Assembly (NCBI GenBank): GCA_051294905.1
Contig: CM119373.1
Location: 4,280,001-4,344,000 of the forward strand
Length of the DNA: 64,000 bases
DNA from: Botryllus schlosseri
Taxonomy: Eukaryota
Reading direction: 5' to 3'
Part shown: one piece after another, positions 26,347 through 36,396 of the stretch
Position numbering within the stretch: the stretch's first letter is position 1
Layout of the letters: the number at the start of each line of letters is the position of its first letter
The notes under the pieces: generated by a model
What the model was told of the DNA's origin: nothing
What the model saw: only the letters and a program-made list of their open reading frames with translations
Databases searched by the model: none
Translations under genes and position numbers: made by a program

Positions 26347-28420
26347 CAGGGTTGTAACCAAGTCACATGGTTCCGAGTCACGAGTCAATCTGACTTTTGT
26401 GGTTTTGACTCGAGTCGAGTCGAGTCATTTTCAATCCATCACCGACTCGAGTCCGAGTCCAAGTCACCGTTTTAAGGGTCAAGTCCGAGTCATAGTGTTA
26501 TGACTCGAGTCGAGTCCAAGTCACAGTATTGAAGTCATGTTCAACTTATGTTTTCAATCCTGCTTGGGTGATATCGAATTCCTTGCTTGCCAAACATGCT
26601 TATTTTGTCCCTATCATAGTCTTGGCACATGTTTATTTAGGCAGATAACGGACAGTTCCTGGCCTCATTTACCGATGCTACAGATAGACGAGACAGGCCG
26701 CCAATACTATAACTTTACTAATCTTAGAACTTTAAATCAAATATCTGTCAGTCTGATATATCACAAATGCAAGCACTCAGTTTTTATTACTAGCACATCG
26801 ACGACCGCTCACAAATAGCTTATAGAGAATTAACGAATTCACGTCTACATACTATCTGATAGAGAACCTACGAATTCACGTCTAGATACAAGCTGGTAGA
26901 GAATCAACAAATAAACGTTTATGTAGAGGTACGGTTTTGCTTTCACATTAAATCAGGTGGTTGACCAGAAAAATGTCAACTTTCCTGCTCAGCTCCCGAA
27001 GTAGTCGCCGGAGCGTTACTTTAGTGCTGATTTACTGTTATCTTAGTCGAATTTTCCCTACATTTACCAAAAATTCTCAAAAATGAGGGCAGAATCTTAA
27101 AAAAGAGGCTACTTCTTAAAATTGTTAGATTATCTGAAAGAACTTAAATTTGGCTCAATTCCAACCAGTAGAAAGCAATGCTAAGAGAAAATATTTTGAA
27201 TTAATTACAAAGAGACTTTCGAATTTTACCGGCTACCTCATGATATTGTTAGATTGTGTAAAAGTATGATTCATAGCAAATTTGGCTCAATTCCAACTAG
27301 AAGAAGCGAAGTTATTAGAGTGGAATATTTTGAATATGAAAAAATAGTCGACTTACTACTAGTATGTAATTATATTATATCACATATGAAATCATTTCTC
27401 ACTAAAAATACTCCATGTATTTTCAAATCCAATATTTTCTCCTCTCATATCATTGATTCCACTATTTAAAATTAAGCCAGATTCAGTGTTCTTTTTATGC
27501 AACGTAACAATTTTATCAAGTAGCCACCATGTAGAAGAAAAAAGAAGTTATTTTTGATCGGCCCTATTGTACAAACATCACACAACATTAGCCAATCATT
27601 ATTACTCACGTGCGCAATGCAGATATCTAACAAAACGTCAAATGGACGGAGGGTATTGTGTGTTTATGCAGACAGCAGATCAAATCAATGAGTTATACTT
27701 GTAAATACTAAAGTGGAAAGGAGATTCTCATATATGTTGAGGCGGCATGGCCTTGGATTAATCCACATCCACTGGATACACGTTCCACTGGTGCATTAGA
27801 TGCAGGAATTGAAAAGCAATTTTGAACCACACTGAAGAGCATTAGACACTCATCCATTCTAGTCGCCCAAAAATACAAAGAATCATCGCCTTCAAATCTA
27901 CACATGAGCTTATCAGTCTCTTCCAAGTAGGCTACTTGACCATCTGAGTCATTTCATTGGCTCTAATTAGACTTTGCTTCGATTGTTTGCTTGTATAATT
28001 GAAAAGTCTTGAGTACTATTACCTCTTCACCACGGGATAATTTTGTACAATGCATTGCTCTTTGCTACTATGTACCATTGTCTTTTGTTTTTACGGCGGC
28101 ATATCTGATATCAGACGAGTGCAACGAAAGCAGTGGTGACAAATAGCGATGTCGACAGAATTCGTCACATGCGTTGATCTAACCATTGTAATTCCCAAAT
28201 TTCTTCACCTTCAAGTCATATAAAATAAGCCGAGTCAATGACTTGAGTCGAGTCATGCGTAATGACTCGAGTACAAGTCGAGTCAATCCAAATATTGACT
28301 CGAGTCGAGTCGAGTCATTTTCCAATTTCAAGTAAATGACTCGAGTCAAGTCGAGTCACAAAAAAATCGTGACTCGAGTCTGACTCGAGTCGAGTCATGA
28401 CTCGAGTCATTACAACCCTG
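26347..28420 (-). mobile_element. Internally deleted hAT element (GACTCGAGTC-rich family), copy 3, with a dimerisation-domain remnant
   Basis: TIR CAGGGTTGTAA; TSD CATATGGC; ORF 27708-27926(-) contains FW...SIPASNAPVERV. Confidence 0.92.
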
Positions 28421-29905
28421 CATATGGCTAATTCCATTATAATTTAACAGGGGCTGTAATGCATACCCTCAGAATTGTCCAATATTTACAAATGTTATTC
28501 TTTTTTGAATTCCAAATTTATTAAAAAAAAAAAAATTGAAAAATTTTCAGCGGTTCAAAAGATATTGCGATTTAAAATCCTCTCGTCACTAGGTGGCGCT
28601 ACTTTCAAAATTCTTTGAAATCGATATTTTTCGCTTAAATGATGGTAGAGAACCAATTAAAATGTCCAATTAACCAATTCTGGGGCCAAGAAATTCAATA
28701 AAACCAACTGTTTCGCTCTAAACTCAATGAAAAAAAAGTTACGGATGAAAAAAAAATGGGGGGGACGGGCTTGAAAATGTCTGTGGGATACGGCCTACAC
28801 AAAAAAATTATTGTGAAATGTGCTTTTAAGGAGTATGGTTGATAAAAAGCTTGATTTTAAATTTAATATTTATTCCACCATGAAATATGCATTACATAAA
28901 AATTTCATGGTCCTAACCCATATCCCTGCTCACCGTAAATACTATTATCACCAGTCAAATATATGAATAAATTTATTCGTTTTGTTTTCGAAATTTTTCA
29001 AGTAGAATCCGTGCTGAACCACCGCATCAACAATAATAGAAGCAAGTAACAAAAGACATATTTACAATTGATCTTGAAATGTGGCAAGTCGACGATCCAA
29101 AATGCATGCCAAACACGAAACAATAAATATGTTGAAAATGCATTTTGTCTCTTAGTATTGTCAAAAGTCAAAAATCCGAACATATTTATTGTTTCGTGTT
29201 TGGCATGCATTTTGGATCGTCGACTTGCCACATTTCAAGATCAATTGTAAATATGTCTTTTGTTACTTGCTTCTATTATTGTTGATGCGGTGGTTCAGCA
29301 CGGATTCTACTTGAAAAATTTCAAAATCCGATACAAATAAATTTAATCAAATATTTGACTGGTGATAATAGTATTTACGGTGAGCAGGGATATGGGTTGG
29401 GACCATGAAATTTTCATGTAATGCATATTTCATGGTGGAATAAATATTAAATTTAAAATCAAGCTTTTTATCAACCATACTCCTTAAAAGCACATTTCAC
29501 AACAATTTTTTTTGTGTAGGCCGTATCCCACAGACATTTTCAAGCCCGTCCCCCCCCCCCCATTTTTTTTCATCCGTAACTTTTTTTTCATTGAGTTTAG
29601 GGCGAAACAGTTGGTTTTATTGAATTCCTTGGCCCCAGAATTGGTTCATTGGACATTTTAATTGGTTCTCTACCATCATTTAAGCGAAAAATATCGATTT
29701 CAAAGATTTTTGAAAGTAGCGCCACCTAGTGACGAGAGGATTTTAAATCGCAATATCTTTTGAACCGCTGAACATTTTTCAATTTTTTTTTTTTAATAAA
29801 CTTGGAATTCAAAAAAGAACAACATATATAAATATTGGACAATTCTGAGAGTATGCATTACAAATCTCAAAAAATTTGCTAAATTATAATGGAATTAGCC
29901 ATATG
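28421..29905. mobile_element. 1.49-kb foldback (palindromic) element
   Basis: 28421-29133 is a near-perfect reverse complement of 29179-29905; 45-bp spacer; lies in a short intron of the DUF4806-like gene. Confidence 0.93.
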
Positions 29906-31825
29906 TGATAATCTTACCATTACTTTGTGATCTAGGCCTCGTTGTTGACAGTCAGAATTTTCCAGTTCAACATTGCTTACAAATGAAGGAGCGTCTAGAA
30001 AACAGAACGACGCTATAACTCAAATTCGAGAATGGATCAAAGTGTTATAGGAGCTTACTGCATGGGTTAGTTCCCTGCAACTGGCCGCTACATTCAATGT
30101 TGGAATCGTGCTGTTCTTGAACACTCTCCGCATGATGGCAAACTTGCATTGCAAGCATCATTGAAAACAGCACCCTTGCTTGTCACACTTTTATTGCCAG
30201 AATCAGGAGATGGCCGCATTCTTAGAATTGGTATTAGCATACCTTGTGTCTGAATACTTGGATTACTTTTCTTCTTTGAAGGAAACGCATCATCTACAAA
30301 GTATGAAAATTTATATATGAATATTCTGTGTACAACATATTAGGCAGAATAACAAGAGTATATACCGATACCTTGATCATCATTTGAAACAGAATTATTC
30401 TAAAATTTTTTGGGACGTCTTTGTTTAGACTGTTGTCGTTCTTCATCTTCAGACAATGAAGAGGGGGGCAAGCTACTATTGTCCACAACTTCCTTCATGT
30501 CACTATAAGCCTTCTCCCATACATCTAATACAGATGAATAATATAGTTGGCAAGGTCCCAGATTTGTAAAAACTACTAGATTTTTAGTAAGCGCAACTAT
30601 AGAATTACTCAAATTTAAAACTCGCAACTAACGACAGGCGCTCTCTAGTTGTTTGGAAACTATTACGGTAGTATTTTTCCAAATGTGCATCTAGAACTAG
30701 AACTACGGTACTGAAAAAACCGTTCGTTAGTTGTCCGTCAACTAACTAAATAAGCAGTCTGTACGAGTCTGCAATGATACTTGGTATAGGCAAACCTTCA
30801 CAAATTATGAGTTTATACTTACTGGATGAGCATTCGATCCAGATTTTCCACAGAGACCAATTGCCCTTGTCATGTTTTCGTGGCTTCTTGTTTTTCGCCT
30901 CATTAGTGGCATTCTTTGCTTTCGTCTGTGCTTCCACTGTCATATTATATATCTGAGAACTACCAAGTCTTGGCTGAGCCCACAAGCGCCACACTACACT
31001 ATTATAAACAAAAGTACAAAAACATTCAATCACAATGGATGATTTGAGTGACCACCATCTGATGATATTATATAATCCAGTACTGTCACAATAGCTTATG
31101 ATATTCGCAAAAGTGCAAACCAAGTTCTATATACTTTGTGACATTATACCAACACCATATACCTATGTTTCATATTAAGCATATATAAATTACCATGTAC
31201 AGTTCAGTTTTCAGTAATCCTCTGAAGGAATATGGTTAGTTGAGCCTCAAAATACCACGATTAATTCCAGAACGCAACTAAACCAAACATTCAACTGTAG
31301 CTGCAAGCCGCCATTACGAGAGCGCTTTATCTGCCAGAAATATATTTCGCGCCGAGACTTTTGTTCGCGTGGGAGAAATGGCCTCTCGTTTACACTCCGG
31401 ATCAGGAGCCGGAGTCGTAGCAGGATTTCAGCGATACAGTACAGCCGGACTGGATGCGGATTCTGAATTTGTTTCGACAGTCGGATTTCAGCAAGATAAT
31501 CTTAAATACTATATCATGATTTTGGCAGAAGTTTTTTGGACGCAGAACTGGAAATTCTTCAGCCGGATTTTTCGGACTTTCAAATTGCTACCTAGAGCCG
31601 GGCTAATATGATATTGAAGTTTAGCCTACAAAATCGCAAGAAACAGCGTGGCACCAGGTGGAACATTCGGTAGTGACACTATAGGTGACTAAATCGCCCT
31701 ATAAGAGTAAAAATTCATTATAATCTACTGTACATTTATAAACGCCACTCTACCGTAATAGGAAGCAATAATCGAATTTGATATTCCTCACAAATATATT
31801 TTCAGCATTAGACAAAATTTAGCCA

Positions 31826-32160
31826 AGAAAAGTTGTGCTTCAGCACAAGGTATGCACAATAAAAAGATATATTCAAGTTGTGCTTTAGCACAAGGTATGC
31901 ACAAGATATGATTTTGCCATGACTGGACAGGAAAAAGATATATTTAAGTTGTGCTTCAGCACAAGGTATGCACAAGATATGATTTGAACATGACTGGATA
32001 AGAAAAAGATATATTTAAGTTGTGCTTCAGCACAAGGTATGCACAAAAGATATGATTTGAACATGACTGGACAATAAAAAGATATATTTAAGTTGTACTA
32101 CAGCACAAGGTATGCACAAGATATGATTTGAACATGAGCGGACAAGAAAAAGATATCCTG
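31826..32160 (+). repeat. 71-bp tandem subterminal repeat, about 4.5 copies
   Basis: Units start at 31875, 31946, 32017 and 32090 with AAGTTGTGCTTCAGCACAAGGTATGCACAAGATATG or close variants. Confidence 0.92.
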
Positions 32161-32599
32161 ACAAGTTCAAAAGATATCTAGTGTTTGCTGGGATGACGTC
32201 AAATTAACAAAGCTTTGCTTATCGACTGTATACAGGAGTGAAGAGTAACATAGGTCTCTAATGTAAGGTCTGGTGATTGCAACAGATTTCTTCCTGGGCT
32301 GCCGTGTGTTAGACAGCCCGGTTATACTGTTACAGGTAGGTGCGGTTATCTGGATGTGTGTCGGAACCAGGTCCGAAGCAACATTTTTTTCAGTCCCCTT
32401 CCGCCCCCCAAATAAAACACTGATATTGCGCCCACCATAGGTTAATCAATGGAACTTCTTGGGGGCGTACCGTTTGCATCTGGTGGTTACATTTTGTGAA
32501 TGAATTCTGTAAATAATATTGGTTCTTCCGTATATTACTATAAAGCGCACCACAATGCTGCACATCAGGGGTGGTGTGAATGTATGGCCCTCGTTCACG

Positions 32600-32870
32600 T
32601 TATGTGTTTGTTTTCTTTGTTTTGGGGTATTCATGGTGTTTGTCGACTACTATGGTCATTTACCAGGCCGATATTCTCCTGCCGACTTATAGCACGACCC
32701 ACCTCTAGGCTTTTGTAAGACACCGCTGACGCGGACGAGGTGGCGAGGAGGAGCCTAAGTAAACCTCCAACACTTATATATCTGACTTCGGAAGTCGACC
32801 TCGGTCGGACTCGAAACCGCACCCATTGGTGTTGCAGCCGCGGATTATACCACTGCGCTATCTCGCCACT
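32600..32870 (-). mobile_element. tRNA-derived SINE, best-preserved copy
   Basis: Head GGCGAGATAGCGCAGTGG (A box) ... GGTTTCGAGTCC (B box); non-tRNA body; A-rich tail. Confidence 0.82.
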
Positions 32871-32879
32871 CACGCTGTA

Positions 32880-33962
32880 ATTTGTTGGTTCGCGTTCGCA
32901 AATGAATCTTGGTGGGTTCTGCACTTTGAACACCCTTTTCATGTTTTATAATTTTCCACGTCGTTATAACATCTTTGCTTGAAATTCTTCGCATTCGCAT
33001 TCTCCGCGAGGCGCTGGCACCGTGAAAAGAAATTCCACTCTAAACGAGAAGGCACCTTGCAAATTATTTTGCTAGGAATATTAGGCTTTCCGTTTGTGAA
33101 ACTTCAGTAACTCTCTGCAGTGAGCTTTGCCCGCAATCACACAATAGCATGAACGAAACACACTTGTAGGAAGTCAGCGAATTGTGCCTAGTCAACCAGT
33201 CAATTATTTACATGAAGGAAATTGATATAAAGAATGCATCGATGTCAAGTGTAAAAAATCTATTAGGCGTAAGGAATCCATCTTGATTTCATCACATGCT
33301 TGTATCATAAAAACTACATCCGTCCGATTGGGGTGTTGGTTAGCCTACTGCATAGCTTGTTTTTTGAGATAATATCTGGCGCAAGTATAGAAAACGGTGT
33401 TTCACGCTAGCCAAGTCCTCGACGAACTTGTTGGCTAAGCGACGGAAGATATTGATTTTGTGGAATTATTCTAACATTTGATTGTTCCAGTAGATACAAT
33501 AGGTGACGTTTAAAAGTCAGCATGTACCATTGCAGTGGTTCTCAAACTTTTTTGGACACGCTCCCCTATGTGCTAGTGAAAAATTTCGCGCCCCCCTTGT
33601 CCTATCACAAAATGCAACGAGAATGCTTGCAATCACAGCGGATAGTTTTATGGCTTGGGAGGTTATGACTATAGATGGGATAGTGCTGAAATATGAAATT
33701 CGGACTATAAAGGCACCCCCTTAAGATGCTTTCACGCCCCCAAGTTTGAGAACCACTGTGTTACAGTATTGTGGCGTTATATGGTTTGAGTCGTTGCTCG
33801 TTATCATGTACATTAATATATTACTTAACGGAAATTTAGAGTTCGAATTAGCAATATGACGTCACGTGGCGTCATAGGCTCACGTTCGCGTTCACACAGA
33901 ATCATTCAAAAAGGTTAGCGTTCACACATACCAGTACCTTTCAGAGGTTTTCAACATCCCTA
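32880..33962. mobile_element. Older, left-truncated copy of the TAGGGATG MITE family
   Basis: Colinear with 33985-34984; ends ...CATCCCTA; contains a small MITE at 33533-33758. Confidence 0.7.
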
Positions 33963-33984
33963 TGCACATCCGGTGGTTTCCTAC

Positions 33985-34984
33985 TAGGGATGGTGTGAAC
34001 GTGAGGTTCACGTTCGCGTTCTGTGTGTGAACCTCGGAAATTTAGAGGTTCGCGTTCACAACAGAACCTTGGTAGGTTCTGCACTGTGAACCTTTTTCAT
34101 ATATTACAATTTTCACTTCATTATAACATCTTTGGTTCATATTAATTGCATTTCAACTGCGGGCCACTCTATGCATGGCGCTGGCAGCATTAAAAATTAA
34201 CACTATAAACGAGCATGCACCTTGACAATCTCAAAAGTTTTACTTGCTTTGTAACAAATGTTTGCTCGAAATATTCAGCTTTCCGTTTGTGAATATTTAA
34301 GTGTCTCTCTGCTGTGAGTTTGACTTGCGATCTCACAACATCACGAGCGAAATACGTAGTCAGCGAATGATGCCTATATTCAACCAATCAATGACATTGA
34401 TATCGTTTTCTGATGCAAAAAAGCTAGCAGGGGTACGGGGCAATTTTGACTTCATATCTTTACTGCATCACGAGAACCAAATCCTTGTGATTGAGGTGTT
34501 GTCTACTGCTGTAAAACTTGTTAATGGGGTAATATCGGTAGCAAGTATAGAAACCAGTTTTACACTCTGCTCAATATCAATGTAGCGATAGGCTACTCAG
34601 ACGCCGAATACATTGTCCGGTCTGGCCTAGACCGTTAAGGCGTAAGCTTATATTCCCTGGTAAGTCCTCGACGAAATTGTTGGCAAAGCGACGGAAGATA
34701 TTGATTTTATAGGAGTATTATATCCTTTGATTGCCTCAGTTGAAACATTTAGTGACGTTTAAAACGCCAACATGTACTTCAGCATTGTGACATGATGTGG
34801 CCCGAGTCGTCGCTAGGTATCGTGTACGTTAATATAGGCTATCACTTCATTGAAAGATAGGGTTGGAATTAGCAATATGACGTCACGTGACGTCATGAGG
34901 TTCACGTTCGTGTTCACACAGAACCTTTCAAAAAGGTTCGCGTTCACACGAACCTGAACCTTTCAGAGGTTCACACCATCCCTA
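33985..34984. mobile_element. hAT (Ac-like TAGGGATG) MITE with GGTTC/GTTCAC repeats
   Basis: TIR TAGGGATGGTGTGAAC; TSD TTTCCTAC; inverted copy at 46159-47272. Confidence 0.9.
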
Positions 34985-36396
34985 TTTCCTACCTTTTCCC
35001 GTCGAAACCTCATTTCTAAATTGGAAATGTTTTGTGACCCAGCTCAGAAATTGATAACCTCATTTTAAAATTCTAAAATAGAAGAAGTTGGACGCTTGTC
35101 TGGTAACCAGTGAATTAAAACAATGCATTTTAAATTCAATAAACCAGGGGTTCTAAAACAGTGGGCCACAGGATCATTTTTAGGGGGACAACAGAGCTAT
35201 TTGGAAAATTGCAGAAATAGTGAAAGCTAAGTTAATGGAAGTTAATGCTGAAGTAACCAAGTATTCCAGTTTGATCATGTATGTCGTACGCCTTTGAAAA
35301 GAATGTGCATATGCAATTGTGCAATATTTGATGTAGATTTACTGAAGTTTGCATGAAAAAGTGACAAAATAAATATATTTCAATTATTATTCAATGCAAA
35401 CCATTGTTAGTTCTACTGTTCCCTTTCAGATACCAGTCCAAAATGTGAGGTCGAAACGCAGCAACTGCCTAACTGCCTAATTGTAAATGAGCTTATAACA
35501 ATTAAACATGGAAGCGGCATTTATGAGTGACGTGGTTTCAATTTCGAATACCAATCTTCCAGGCCAATGGTGGCCAACCTGCGGCCGTGGAAGGAAATCT
35601 CTGCGGCCGTGGACGCCTAATTCATTAGTATGTCGTATGCATTAGTCGTCGTGGGTATGGGCAATTCCGGCATCCCACCAATCAGGCCTACGGGGAAGAG
35701 ATCTAGTCGTAAAGCATTGGGATTCGTACCTAACCAAATTCCGTTTTCTTATATTTGACCACGAGAATTCCAAATGGACCCACTACAGAAGTCACATATA
35801 CTGCGCCTTAAAATGGGCAGTTTATTTTCTGTTCCGCTGCCTTTGGCAGCTCAACACGATGGCAACATTTTTGACCGCCTTCGGCGCGCGTAACTTATGT
35901 AGGTGGTACGCGAGTACTGCATAAAACCTCGAAATGGTACGTGGAGTGGAGTAAAGGTTGGGAACCACTGCCATAGTATATGCGACCAGAAGAATAAATG
36001 ATGCCCCCGATATAGAAATACCAATTGGGAATCGTGAGCTCCTCACGAAAGAAATATGTTTCTGGTACGTTTGGGTGATCCACTATCTGTCCACCAGAGT
36101 TGGATCAATTACATTATTTCAGTTCAATTACAATTACAATTACAATTACTTTCATGAATGTTTCAATTACATTACAATTACAATTACTTCATGCTAAAAA
36201 TATCAAATTACAATTACAATTACAATTACTCCTTGCATGCTTCAATTACATTACAATTACAATTACAATTGCTGCTGTTGAACATGTAATTGAATAATCA
36301 TAAATTCAACCGTGCTCCTTGACAACCGTAGCGTCGTATTTAACAACAATTCAAGTCTAGTTCAGATTGTGTGGTAATAAATGCGTTTATGTGCGT

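Larger units (their letters stand above)
20009..31290 (-). pseudogene. Decayed spliced DUF4806/BEN-like gene inside the CMC element. Exons: 31290-31194, 30993-30823, 30524-30372, 30293-30059, 29994-29918, 26302-26037, 22199-22045, 21666-21578, 20092-20009
   Basis: GT-AG boundaries with mostly matching phases. N-terminal MFGLVAF...WSLWKIWIECSSNVWEKAY. C-terminal LEQLEKNL...KKSELVSALNGLRGEQLASTVRNM...RFSLKGQRSKNGQKKSFQNFTL...RACKVTHPTAESRTITSKVGRFL. Several stops and frameshifts. Confidence 0.65.
19361..32192. mobile_element. 12.8-kb CMC/EnSpm-type (CACTA-related) non-autonomous transposon
   Basis: Perfect 12-bp TIR CCCAGCAAACAC/GTGTTTGCTGGG; 2-bp TSD AT; tandem repeats inside both ends; joined flanks rebuild a repeat seen uninterrupted at ~5847-5990 (AAT-AT-GACGTCA). 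Confidence 0.85.

Noticed and set aside
31826..32160. Regularly spaced repeats resembling a CRISPR array
   Set aside because: The whole 71-bp unit repeats with no unique spacers; there are no cas genes; the context is eukaryotic and the array abuts a transposon TIR.
36110..36300. (ATTACA)n, (CTCCGG)n and GACTCGAGTC arrays as satellites, telomeric repeats or low-complexity proteins
   Set aside because: They lie just inside TIRs with TSDs, so they are hAT subterminal repeats.
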